Assembly (NCBI GenBank): GCA_028712695.1
Contig: JAQTQZ010000016.1
Location: 8,678-72,677 of the forward strand
DNA: 64,000 nucleotides
Direction of reading: 5' to 3'
Source of the DNA: Methylovulum sp.
Lineage (GTDB): Bacteria > Pseudomonadota > Gammaproteobacteria > Methylococcales > Methylomonadaceae
Within the stretch, counting starts at the first letter, position 1; each line of letters starts with the position of its first letter. Shown one piece after another: positions 48,452 through 58,111 of this stretch. Below the pieces are notes generated by a model. The model did no database searches. It had not been told where the DNA came from and worked only from the letters and a program-made list of their open reading frames with translations. The position numbers and the translations under genes are program-made.

Positions 48452-50279
48452 CTTGGTGATGAAAGTGTTCGTAAATTCGTTGTGCCAATTGTTTGCTTAT
48501 GCCGTCTATGCTACACAGTGCGTCTACGCCTGCTTGTGTTACCCCTTGTAAGCCGCCGAACTGTTTTAATAAAACCTGTCGACGCTTAGCGCCTAGCCCT
48601 GAAATGCCTTCTAAAACCGATTGCTTTTTTGCCTTGCCACGCCGTTGCCGATGTCCTGTTATCGCAAACCGGTGTGCTTCATCGCGGATATGTTGGATCA
48701 ATAGCAAACCGCTAGCACCGGGGCTTATGTCAAGCGGTTGCGGCTGATCCATCCGTATCAGCTTTTCCATGCCGGGCTTCCGGTCAGGCCCTTTAGAAAC
48801 GCCGACTATCATAACATTGTTTATGGTTAATTCCGCTAGTGCCTTTTGCGCGGCCTGTACCTGACCTTTGCCGCCGTCAATAAAAAGAATATCCGGCGCT
48901 TCATGCTCGCCTTGTTGCAGACGCTTAAAACGCCGAAGGACTGCCTGATAGATGGCAGCATAATCGTCGCCGCCAGTGATCCCGTCGATATTAAAACGGC
49001 GATACGCTGATTTGACCGGGCCTTCGCGGTCAAACACCACGCACGAGGCAACTGTCTGTTCGCCCTGTGTGTGGCTAATATCGAAGCATTCCAGCCGCTT
49101 TGGCAACGTTTGGCATTGTAATTCTTCCTGTAAATTCAGGAAACGGGCATAAATCCCTTGTTTGTCAGACAGTTTGCTAAGCAATGAATTGTCGGCGTTA
49201 GTCGCGGCCATTTGCAGCCATTTTAGGCGTTCGCCACGCACCCGCTGGGCGATCGTCACGGCATGTCTGGCCTGATTGCTTAAAACTTCGGCCAGTAGCG
49301 TGGCTTCTTCTAGCGCATGGCTGACGATCAATTCATGAGGGACTTGTTTGTCGAGATAGTATTGGGCAATAAATGCTTGCAAAATAGCGCCCGGATCTTG
49401 CTCATCGGGCAAGGTGGGAAAAAAGGCCTTATTGCCTAATTGTTGGCCGTTGCGGATAAAGAAAACTTGAATGCACGCCGTGTTAAGTTTGGTGGCGCAG
49501 GCGATAATGTCAACATCGCCTTTTTCGCCTTGCACAAAATGTTTTTCAAGCACCGAGCGCAACCGGGTGATCTGATCCCTGTAAGCCGCCGCCTGCTCAT
49601 AATCAAGGTTTGCCGCCGCCTGTTCCATCTTAGCGATCAGTTGGTCGATGAGGATGCCGCCTTTGCCTTGCAAAAAGAGGACGGTGTCCTTTACGTCCTC
49701 GGCATAGCGTTGCTTGTCAATAAGCCCCACACAGGGCGCAGTGCAACGGCCTATCTGATGTTGTAGGCAGGGGCGGGTGCGATGGTTATAAATGGTGTCG
49801 TCGCATTGGCGGACGGGAAATAGTTTTTGCAGTAGCTTTAAGCTTTCTTTTGCCGCATTTGAACTGGGATAAGGGCCGAAATATGTGCCGCGCTTTTTTT
49901 TTGCCCCGCGATGCAGGGTGATTTGAGGAAAATCGTGGTCTGTCGAAAGGTATATATAAGGGAATGATTTGTCGTCCCTAAGACAAATATTGTAGCGAGG
50001 CTTATGGCGCTTGATTTGTTGGCATTCCAGCAACAACGCCTCGCCTTCGGTATGGGTGACCGTCACTTCAATGCGCACCACTTTAGTCATCATGACTTGT
50101 TGTTTAGGTGATGCTGCCTGCGATTTGTAATAACTGGACACACGGTTTTTAAGGTTTTTCGCCTTGCCCACATAAATGATGTCACCTTGGCTATTGAACA
50201 TCTTGTAGATACCAGGGCGCGTGGTCAGGGTTTGTAAAAAGGCGGCACTATCGAAAGGGGGCGTGGTTTCGGTGTTCAC
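48441..50279 (-). CDS. uvrC: Excinuclease ABC subunit C
   Basis: YVGKAKNLK, LRDDKSFP, ECFDISH, DGGKGQ, IRDEAHRFA. Confidence 0.97.
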   Translation of the reverse strand: MNTETTPPFDSAAFLQTLTTRPGIYKMFNSQGDIIYVGKAKNLKNRVSSYYKSQAASPKQQVMMTKVVRIEVTVTHTEGEALLLECQQIKRHKPRYNICLRDDKSFPYIYLSTDHDFPQITLHRGAKKKRGTYFGPYPSSNAAKESLKLLQKLFPVRQCDDTIYNHRTRPCLQHQIGRCTAPCVGLIDKQRYAEDVKDTVLFLQGKGGILIDQLIAKMEQAAANLDYEQAAAYRDQITRLRSVLEKHFVQGEKGDVDIIACATKLNTACIQVFFIRNGQQLGNKAFFPTLPDEQDPGAILQAFIAQYYLDKQVPHELIVSHALEEATLLAEVLSNQARHAVTIAQRVRGERLKWLQMAATNADNSLLSKLSDKQGIYARFLNLQEELQCQTLPKRLECFDISHTQGEQTVASCVVFDREGPVKSAYRRFNIDGITGGDDYAAIYQAVLRRFKRLQQGEHEAPDILFIDGGKGQVQAAQKALAELTINNVMIVGVSKGPDRKPGMEKLIRMDQPQPLDISPGASGLLLIQHIRDEAHRFAITGHRQRRGKAKKQSVLEGISGLGAKRRQVLLKQFGGLQGVTQAGVDALCSIDGISKQLAQRIYEHFHHQDDN

Positions 50280-50321
50280 GGATTGGGCTTGGGCAGGATC
50301 TAAGTGTGGGTTTTATAATAA

Positions 50322-50990
50322 TTAAGTGGGTTGCTGGTTAGAACGGGTCAATAACCGTTCAATACTGGCAAAAACGTCCGCAAACATCGCTTTGGTCAGC
50401 CGCTTGGTCTGTATGTTGTAGCGGCTGGTATGGTAAGAATCAACCAGTGTGCGGCCATCAGGCAAGGTGTGTAGGGCATTATGTCCGAACGCTGCGAAAC
50501 TGGGTTTAAGTTGACAGGCTTTTAACACGGACTGATGGGCAATGGTCCCTAGTGCAAGGATAACGGCTTGTTCTGGTAAGGTTTTCAATTCGACTGCCAA
50601 ATACGGATTGCAAGTGTTGATTTCTGCGGTGGTCGGTTTGTTTTGCGGCGGTAGGCATTTGACCGCGTTGGTGATCCTGCAGTCCTTAAGCGCCAGACCG
50701 TCCGCTAAGGACTCAGATGTTGGCTGGTTGCTGTAACCAAATTCATAAAGCGTTTCATACAGCAGCAAGCCCGCAAAATCCCCGGTAAAAGGCCGTCCTG
50801 AGGCATTGGCACCGTGCACGCCGGGCGCTAGGCCAACAACTAATAAGCGGGCGCGGGTATCACCAAAAGGCGCAACGGGTTGGGCATGGTAATCAGGATA
50901 TTGTTGTTTGACGGTACACAGAAAATCAGCCAGCCTTGGACATTGCCTGCATTGCAGGTTGAAGGGTGTTTGGGTAACTATATCGACCAT
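50322..50990 (-). CDS. Uracil-DNA glycosylase (FeS, family 4/5-like)
   Basis: CRQCPRL, GLAPGVHGANASGRPFTGD, KCLPPQNKP, YHTSRYN. Confidence 0.85.
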   Translation of the reverse strand: MVDIVTQTPFNLQCRQCPRLADFLCTVKQQYPDYHAQPVAPFGDTRARLLVVGLAPGVHGANASGRPFTGDFAGLLLYETLYEFGYSNQPTSESLADGLALKDCRITNAVKCLPPQNKPTTAEINTCNPYLAVELKTLPEQAVILALGTIAHQSVLKACQLKPSFAAFGHNALHTLPDGRTLVDSYHTSRYNIQTKRLTKAMFADVFASIERLLTRSNQQPT

Positions 50991-51283
50991 ATTTTAGTGC
51001 TGTTTAAGGGGGTGGGCGGCATTGCGCTAAATCGGTGCAATGCCTTTGCTGGCGCTGTCTGCGGCGTTAGAGGGGTGCTAAATCGCTTGCAATAAAAATC
51101 GACAACGGTTACAGTTTTCGTCACTATCATTGGATGGTGGCATTGAATTTCCGGCCCGCGCATAGCAAAGCGGAAATTATTTTTAAAAATCAGCTTTAGA
51201 GATTGGCAAGAGAATGTACAGTGTCCATTTTGTGGATAAGTATGAAAAACTCTAAATAAAGCGGTAATAACGGTTTAAGGCTG

Positions 51284-51982
51284 ATGATGACATTTTTACA
51301 GTCAAGATACAATTTTCAAATCACGCTTTCGCCGAAAGAACTACTTGAAATCAGCGATGAAGTCAGTCGAGGGTTCGCCCCTGTTTTTTCAACCCGTATT
51401 CCGGGTTCTGAGTCGGCAATTAAACTTTCACCTCAGGAAATGTTCGACATCAGCGAGCTTATCAGCCGGGAATTTGCGCCGCGTGTTTTAAACACACCGG
51501 AGCTTATGTTATTGCCTATCGATCCTGACCATGTGTACGCTTACTGGAATCTAGGCGAGAATAATGCAGGCGCGCCAGCCAATGAGGAAGTAAGACAGCC
51601 CCTGACCCTACGGATTTATTCAGAACCCAGCGCCGCTATTAGCCCAACACCAGAGCGTGATATCGTTGTCCAGAGCCAAGGTTCAACGGCATGGTTCGAT
51701 ATTGAAATTCACAGTCCTCGCGCCCAACAAACCGTCTCTTTGCCCGTGCATACGGGTGAAACCCGTTTTTCAGCCGTCATTGGCAAACGCAATTCCGACA
51801 ATAGTTTGGTCGCATCGACTTATTCCAACATCATCCGTGTTCCCCGTGGCGGTATTGCCATGCAGCTATATGACGATGAAGGAGCGGTATTTAACACACT
51901 ACCGCCACCTATGATAGTGGGGCAGCAAGCCAAGTATTTCCTGCGTAAAAATGCTTCAGGGCAAGGTAACTCCATTAATTAG
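51284..51982 (+). CDS. DUF4912 domain protein with N-terminal repeat
   Basis: LLPIDPDHVYAYWNL, SNIIRVPR; two copies of LSPxExxxIS..SRxFAP. Confidence 0.75.
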   Translation: MMTFLQSRYNFQITLSPKELLEISDEVSRGFAPVFSTRIPGSESAIKLSPQEMFDISELISREFAPRVLNTPELMLLPIDPDHVYAYWNLGENNAGAPANEEVRQPLTLRIYSEPSAAISPTPERDIVVQSQGSTAWFDIEIHSPRAQQTVSLPVHTGETRFSAVIGKRNSDNSLVASTYSNIIRVPRGGIAMQLYDDEGAVFNTLPPPMIVGQQAKYFLRKNASGQGNSIN

Positions 51983-51987
51983 CCGTA

Positions 51988-53640
51988 ATGATAAAAAACC
52001 CCTACCCTGTTGCGCATACATCTAGCCAAAACCCAGATAAGCAAGGGTTCCTCAGCATTATTTTGCATGCCCACTTGCCTTATGTGCGCCATCCGGAACA
52101 CGAGAGTTTTTTTGAAGAAAACTGGCTGTTTGAAGCCCTGACTGAATGCTATATCCCCTTAATCGGCGTGCTTGACCGGTTAGCGCAAGACAAGGTGGCT
52201 TATCGGCTGACCCTGTCCTTATCGCCGCCGCTTATTACTATGTTGCGCGATGATTTGTTGCAAGCGCGGTACTTAAAGTATCTGCAACAACGCATTGAAT
52301 TGGCAGAAAAGGAAATTGCCAGAACCCAAGGACAACCCGACTATCAAAAACTGGCGCGGCTATACCGCCGGTTTTTTCAGAATGCTTTGCACACCTATCA
52401 GGAGCAATACCATTGTGATTTGATTGCGGCGTTCAAAAAACATCATGATACCGGTCATCTCGAATTGATAACCTGCGCCGCTACGCACGGTTTTTTGCCG
52501 TTGCTCAATGTTAGCGAAACCGCCGTCCGTAACCAGATCAACATTGGCATCGCCACTTTTAAGGCGGCGCTGGGATTTGCCCCGTCTGGTTTCTGGCTGC
52601 CCGAATGCGCGTATTATCCTGGCTTGGAAAAATTGCTGGCCGATGCAGGCATCAACTATTTTTTTGTTGATACCCATGGCCTTATGGATGCTAGCGAGCC
52701 ACCCCGCAATGGCGTTTATGCGCCGCTGGACTGCGGCAACGGTGTCGCCGCTTTTGCGCGCGACCCGGAATCATCAAAACAAGTCTGGAGTGCACAAGAA
52801 GGTTATCCGGGGGATTCTGATTACCGCGATTATTACCGTGACATCGGCTTTGACTGTGAACTGGACTATATCGCGCCGTATATCCTCGACGGCGAAACCC
52901 GCATCAACACCGGCATCAAATACCACCGCGTGACGGGCGGCGATCAGGCCAAAGAAATTTACCGGCCAGAGCAAGCACAGGCCAAAGCCTACGCCCATGC
53001 CCAAGATTTTATCCACAAACGCCAGCAGCATATTAATGGTTTGGCGGCGGTCATGGACAGGACTCCCATTATAGTAGCCCCTTACGATGCCGAGCTTTTT
53101 GGCCACTGGTGGTTTGAAGGGCCGCACTGGCTGGAATCCGTGCTTAGGCTGGCAAATGAAACCAGCAATAGCATCCAAACGGTCAGTTGCAGCGACTATT
53201 TAACCCAAATCACAACGCACCAGATAGCCACGCCGTCAGCCTCAAGTTGGGGGGCGGAAGGGTATTCCGGTTATTGGCTTAATGAGACAAACGACTGGAT
53301 CTATCCGGTGCTGCACAAGGCCGAAGCGGAAATGGAAAAACTGGCCGCGGACCTTAAGGGCTTAGCTGTCACGCCGCTGCAAGAACGGGCCTTAAACCAA
53401 GCCGCCCGCTCCATTTTGCTGGCCCAATCGTCCGACTGGCCGTTTATCATGAAGTCCGGCACAACCATTGATTATGCCAAAAAACGCATCACCGACCATC
53501 TCGCCCGGTTTAACTATTTGCAGGATTGCATCCGTAAAAACAGGATTAACGAACGTTATTTGACCGCTTTGGAGATCATGGACAGTATTTTTCCCGACAT
53601 TGATTTTCGGGATTATCAGCCAGCCAAAAGCGAGCGGTAG
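51988..53640 (+). CDS. GH57 family 1,4-alpha-glucan branching enzyme (DUF1957)
   Basis: ILHAHLPYVRH, WLFEALTECYIP, ATHGFLP, FWLPEC, PYDAELFGHWWFEG, QSSDWPF. Confidence 0.92.
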   Translation: MIKNPYPVAHTSSQNPDKQGFLSIILHAHLPYVRHPEHESFFEENWLFEALTECYIPLIGVLDRLAQDKVAYRLTLSLSPPLITMLRDDLLQARYLKYLQQRIELAEKEIARTQGQPDYQKLARLYRRFFQNALHTYQEQYHCDLIAAFKKHHDTGHLELITCAATHGFLPLLNVSETAVRNQINIGIATFKAALGFAPSGFWLPECAYYPGLEKLLADAGINYFFVDTHGLMDASEPPRNGVYAPLDCGNGVAAFARDPESSKQVWSAQEGYPGDSDYRDYYRDIGFDCELDYIAPYILDGETRINTGIKYHRVTGGDQAKEIYRPEQAQAKAYAHAQDFIHKRQQHINGLAAVMDRTPIIVAPYDAELFGHWWFEGPHWLESVLRLANETSNSIQTVSCSDYLTQITTHQIATPSASSWGAEGYSGYWLNETNDWIYPVLHKAEAEMEKLAADLKGLAVTPLQERALNQAARSILLAQSSDWPFIMKSGTTIDYAKKRITDHLARFNYLQDCIRKNRINERYLTALEIMDSIFPDIDFRDYQPAKSER

Positions 53641-53693
53641 AAGCCCGATAAAAACGGAATGTCCTCATACCGAGCTTTTACGAAGGAGAAATT

Positions 53694-53726
53694 ATGAGTC
53701 CAACAGTATTTCGTGAACGGGGTTAA
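53694..53726 (+). pseudogene. N-terminal remnant of a DUF4160-like gene
   Basis: AAGGAG RBS then MSPTVFRERG*; resembles the MSPTVFRExGYRFFF start of DUF4160 proteins (from recall). Confidence 0.45.
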
Positions 53727-53805
53727 AAGGTTCTGAGGGCTTGGTTTGTGTTTCAAACGGAAGCGGGTCACCTGTATTTCCGGGCTGTTAATAAGGAGAT
53801 TTGTC

Positions 53806-55311
53806 ATGGCTGAAATCCAGCTTCTCTATGTAGAAAACATCATCACCCGCAAAAAAAGAGGTTTGCAACAGCAGCTGGCTTTTTTCATGGCGGTGGAAAA
53901 TATCGGCTATGACAAACAGGTTGACGTTGTCTGGGCGGATGAGGACGGCGTATGGCAGACGTTGCCCGCACTCTTCCACAGCAAATTAGGGGACAGGAAG
54001 GAATATTGGCAGGCTCAGGCGACTTTTCATCCGAGTGCAGACAAATCCTTGCCGGGCAATGTCCAGTTTGGCTTGCGCTATAGGACGCAGGGGGCTGAGT
54101 ATTGGGATAACAAGCTTGGCCTGAATTATTTCAGCCAGGCCGATTCGGGCGTTAAAGTGATGCACGCGCGGCCAGTGCAAAACATCGGCTTTGCTGGCCA
54201 GCTCAAGAATGGCCAGAAATACGTACCTATCACGGTGGCGGTGGCTAAAGGTTTGAACACCCAAAGAGTGGTTATCCATTGGACGATAGATAACTGGCAG
54301 CATACCCACAAAACCCCCTGCCATTTCAAAAGGAACTATTGGGATGCCACTGCGCGTAGCTATGCCAGAAACCCCAACCAGTACGGTTACCAGATTTGGC
54401 AAGGAACGCTAAAAATAAATAACGCCTTCCGGCTACAATACACGATTGGCTGTGAAGGCCGCGAACAGACGGTTTGGGACAACAACTACGGCAACAATTA
54501 TACCGTTTCCCACAAGCCGTTAAATGTCATGATCCTCAACCTGCATTGCTATCAGGAAGACAACCAAGATTATAAATTTTCGCAAATCGCCAAAGCGATT
54601 GATGAGCTGGACGTCGATGTCGTTTGTTTTCAGGAAGTCGCAGAAAACTGGAACAACGGCATGGGCGACTGGAATTCCAACGCGGTCAAAATAATCAATG
54701 ACCGGCTTGCCAAGCCCTACCATATCCACACCGACTGGGCGCATTTGGGCTTTGACCGTTACCGCGAAGGCGTCGCTATCTTAAGCCGCTATCCGTTGTC
54801 CCGCCATGATGCCCGCTATGTCTCAGACAGCCATGACGCTTACAACATCCACTCCAGAAAAGCCGTCATGGCGCAAATCCATATCCCGTACATGGGTGCA
54901 GTCAACGTTTTTTCCACCCATTTGAGCTGGTGGGAAGACGGCTTCCGCGAGCAATTTTACCGGCTGCGCGACTGGGCCGCCGCCAAGCAGACCACGCATG
55001 TCCGTGCCACGTTGCTGTGCGGTGATTTTAATGTCACTGCCGGTTCAAATGGCTATCATTTGGTGCTTGAAAGCAACGAATACACCGACCAGTATGTGGA
55101 CGCCAAAACAGGCGGGCAACCGGAACGGAACTACCGCGTCGATGATCCGTATTGGCAACAATACGCCGGTAATGATTACCGCATCGATTACATCTTCATG
55201 GATAAAACGGCGGGCTTGCGCGTCACGTCAGCAAGAATGTTGTTTACCGAACAGGATTACGGCAGGGTTTCTGACCACTGTGGCTATTTGATGGTTTTTG
55301 AGCCTAAATAA
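53806..55311 (+). CDS. Tandem CBM21-like carbohydrate-binding modules + EEP-family phosphatase (MapP-like)
   Basis: WDNKLGLNY and WDNNYGNNY motifs; EEP motifs LNLH, FQEV, THL, GDFN, RIDYI, SDH; aaggag RBS. Confidence 0.75.
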   Translation: MAEIQLLYVENIITRKKRGLQQQLAFFMAVENIGYDKQVDVVWADEDGVWQTLPALFHSKLGDRKEYWQAQATFHPSADKSLPGNVQFGLRYRTQGAEYWDNKLGLNYFSQADSGVKVMHARPVQNIGFAGQLKNGQKYVPITVAVAKGLNTQRVVIHWTIDNWQHTHKTPCHFKRNYWDATARSYARNPNQYGYQIWQGTLKINNAFRLQYTIGCEGREQTVWDNNYGNNYTVSHKPLNVMILNLHCYQEDNQDYKFSQIAKAIDELDVDVVCFQEVAENWNNGMGDWNSNAVKIINDRLAKPYHIHTDWAHLGFDRYREGVAILSRYPLSRHDARYVSDSHDAYNIHSRKAVMAQIHIPYMGAVNVFSTHLSWWEDGFREQFYRLRDWAAAKQTTHVRATLLCGDFNVTAGSNGYHLVLESNEYTDQYVDAKTGGQPERNYRVDDPYWQQYAGNDYRIDYIFMDKTAGLRVTSARMLFTEQDYGRVSDHCGYLMVFEPK

Positions 55312-55364
55312 ACGCTTTTGGTTTTGCCATGTTTGGGTAGTTTGCATTGCGGGGTTGATTAATA

Positions 55365-55552
55365 GGCTCTATATGGGTTTTAAGGTCTTTTCAAGCCAGC
55401 TCCTCAAAGGTAAAAATAAGGGAGAAAAATGGGTATTTTGGCCTATAAGCTTGCTGATATTGGAGTACAAACCTAGGTTTGTACTCCAATAAATGACATT
55501 TGAAGCTTTTGGTGCCCATCATTCAAAAAGACCCTGAAACCCATATTGAGCC
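55365..55552. mobile_element. 188-bp MITE with 27-bp TIRs and 8-bp TSD (IS1595-family-like), containing a perfect 34-bp palindrome
   Basis: TIRs GGCTCTATATGGGTTTTAAGGTCTTTT / GGCTCAATATGGGTTTCAGGGTCTTTT (24/27); TSD GATTAATA at 55357-55364 and 55553-55560; palindrome 55458-55491. Confidence 0.85.
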
Positions 55553-55693
55553 GATTAATAAATAACCCAACGTCTATTTCTTCTTCGCTTGAAGTGGAGA
55601 TGAGCGTTATCATTTATCTGAAATTTGAGAAGACCGTTGCATTTATATACGGCCCAACCCCCTGTCGCCACGTTGAATCCCAAAGGTAAGGCT

Positions 55694-56779
55694 ATGAACC
55701 GACTATTTCTGAAAACCTCGCTGTTTGCCGTCATCTTGATACTGTTGAATGCTTGCGGTGGTGGCAGTTCGGTTGCCACACGTGATAAGGCAGCGCCCTA
55801 TACTGCCCGTGATTTAAAACAACCTTATCCAAGCAAAAGAACTTATTCGTCGGCGGCATATCCGGCGACCTATTCCGGTATTTTCCCTAAACCGGCCGCT
55901 TTGGAACCGGCAGTGGATTTTTGGCGCAAAACCTATGCGGTTTGGCAGCGTTCGGAGATTGCTTATCATGACGACCGTTTCATGGATGTCGTTTATGAAG
56001 TCATCACCTTGCCTGGGTACGTTGCTGAAAGCTTGACCAGCGAACAAAAACAACTCATGAATGAACGGCGTGATTTTTGGAAAGATAAGATTGCCACATT
56101 AGAAAACAAGCTGCGTTATAACGCCCCGTTAACTACCAACGAACGGCAGCTGGTTGCCAGGCTGGAAAGCACGGGCAGGCCGTTGAGTACGGTTTTGCCG
56201 GGCGCCAGTGAACGTGTACGCGGCCAACGCGGAACCCGGGAACGGTTCAAGCACGGCTTGGAAATCAGCGGCCGGTATGACCAGCAATTCCGCAAAATAT
56301 TCCGTAATGCCGGTTTGCCTGAAGAATTGGCGTATTTGCCGCATGTGGAATCTTCATTTCAACCCGCCGCCCGCTCGTCTGCCGGTGCGGTCGGGATGTG
56401 GCAATTCACCAAAGGCGCCGCCAAAACCTTTATGCCGGGCGGCAACAAAGTTGACCAGCGTATGGATCCCTTCATCTCTGCCTATGGGGCTGCCCGTTAC
56501 CTGAGTTATGCCTATAAAAAACTGGGTGACTGGCCGTCAGCCTTGACCTCTTACAACCATGGCATTGGCGGCATGAAGCGGGCGAAAAACCATGTGGGCC
56601 ATGATTTTGTCCGCATTGTTGAACAATACGACGGCCCGGCGTTTGGCTTTGCCTCGCGTAATTATTATGCCCAATTTTTAGCCGCGCGGGAGATTGCCAA
56701 TAACCCTAGACCCTTCTTTCCTGAAGGCGTCCGTTACGAAGCCTCGCTTCCTTCAGGGCAGTATGTTGCTGCCGAATAA
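55694..56779 (+). CDS. Lytic transglycosylase lipoprotein (MltD-like SLT domain, no LysM)
   Basis: Lipobox LNAC, PHVESSF, GAVGMWQF, SYNHG, FASRNYY. Confidence 0.85.
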   Translation: MNRLFLKTSLFAVILILLNACGGGSSVATRDKAAPYTARDLKQPYPSKRTYSSAAYPATYSGIFPKPAALEPAVDFWRKTYAVWQRSEIAYHDDRFMDVVYEVITLPGYVAESLTSEQKQLMNERRDFWKDKIATLENKLRYNAPLTTNERQLVARLESTGRPLSTVLPGASERVRGQRGTRERFKHGLEISGRYDQQFRKIFRNAGLPEELAYLPHVESSFQPAARSSAGAVGMWQFTKGAAKTFMPGGNKVDQRMDPFISAYGAARYLSYAYKKLGDWPSALTSYNHGIGGMKRAKNHVGHDFVRIVEQYDGPAFGFASRNYYAQFLAAREIANNPRPFFPEGVRYEASLPSGQYVAAE

Positions 56780-56821
56780 GTTGGACAGCGCTTGGCTGAG
56801 GGGATTTCTAGCACACTTAAG

Positions 56822-56854
56822 CCCTGTGGGTAAACTCGACCTACAGGGTTTTTT
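56822..56854 (+). terminator. Rho-independent terminator
   Basis: CCCTGTGGGT...ACCTACAGGG followed by a T run. Confidence 0.65.
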
Positions 56855-56874
56855 ACATGCAGCGGCTTGCTTTT

Positions 56875-56903
56875 GTAGGGGGGCTGCGTCCTCCAGCCAG
56901 CCT
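56875..56903 (+). repeat. GTAG-type REP-like hairpin
   Basis: GTAG followed by GGCTG-cgtcctc-CAGCC hairpin. Confidence 0.4.
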
Positions 56904-56909
56904 GTGCAC

Positions 56910-57863
56910 TCACAACCATCCCTTACGCTTAAAAATCCAATACGGCGCAATGCCTGCCAGCAACATGATAGCCAAGGCGCCGGGATAGCCTAGCTGCATG
57001 TTCAGTTCGGGCATGTACTGGAAGTTCATCCCGTAAATGCTGGCGACCAAGGTGGGCGGCAAGAACACCACGGCGGCGATGGAGAAAATCTTGATGATCT
57101 TGTTTTGGGCGATATTGATGAAGCCTTGGGTCGAATCCATCAAGAAATTGATTTTGTCGAACAGGAAGGTGGTGTGGGTCATCAGGGTGTCCACGTCACG
57201 CATAATCTCACGGGCGATTTCCTGAAGTTCGGGGAATTCACGCAAATGCCGCTGCAAAAACGCAATCGAGCGTTGGGTATCCATCAGGCATAAACGGATT
57301 TTGCCGTTGCTGTCCTCCAATTTCGCAAGCTGGTCGATAGCGTCTTCAAGGTCGGAATCAATTTCTTCCAGCACCAAATAACTGACATCTTCCAGTTTGC
57401 GGTGGATGTCTTCCAGATTGTCCGCCAGATTTTCGACTTTTTGGTCAAATATGGTGACCAGTAGCTCCTGAGGGGTATGCGCTTCTATCTGTCCTCGCCT
57501 GGCCCGCATCCTCAGCAGGCGAAAGTCCGCCAATGCCCCTTCGCGTAAGGTAATCAGCCGCTCATCCTGCAAAATAAACGCGACCGTGGCGGTATGGTGC
57601 CGCCCCTCGCTTTGGGAAAGAAACAACGAACGCACATGGATGCCGGTGCTGTCAGCAAAATAACGTGCGGACGATTCGATTTCTTCAACATCATCCGATT
57701 CTGGCAAATCAGTACGTAAAAAGGCTTGCAATTGCGCCCGTTCTTCGTCGCTGGGGTCGTGGGCATCAATCCAGGTGGCGTCAATAGGCTGTTCAAATAG
57801 GTTGTCAGGCAGGTTTTGCTCTTTAAGCATTCCGTTGTTGTTGATATTAAATAATCTCAGCAT
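56910..57863 (-). CDS. corA: Magnesium/cobalt transporter CorA
   Basis: EEIESSAR, NKIIKIFS, SIYGMNF signature. Confidence 0.95.
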   Translation of the reverse strand: MLRLFNINNNGMLKEQNLPDNLFEQPIDATWIDAHDPSDEERAQLQAFLRTDLPESDDVEEIESSARYFADSTGIHVRSLFLSQSEGRHHTATVAFILQDERLITLREGALADFRLLRMRARRGQIEAHTPQELLVTIFDQKVENLADNLEDIHRKLEDVSYLVLEEIDSDLEDAIDQLAKLEDSNGKIRLCLMDTQRSIAFLQRHLREFPELQEIAREIMRDVDTLMTHTTFLFDKINFLMDSTQGFINIAQNKIIKIFSIAAVVFLPPTLVASIYGMNFQYMPELNMQLGYPGALAIMLLAGIAPYWIFKRKGWL

Positions 57864-58111
57864 GGGCTTACTCCTTTAATGTGTGAGTTTTAATCAAGAG
57901 TGGGGATGGCAGTTGTTTGCCCGCTTCAAAATCAGCGTTGTGATGCAGCGGGGTAGAAGTGCCCGGCATTAGGGGGTATTGCCAATAATCTGAGTATGAT
58001 AACGTACAAGTTTAAACACGGGTTAGTGACAAGCGAGGTTAGCCTGTGCTACAAGCACGGTTGCAGCCAATTGCGCGGTATAACTTTCTTGATTAATCAC
58101 ACTCCCCCTAA

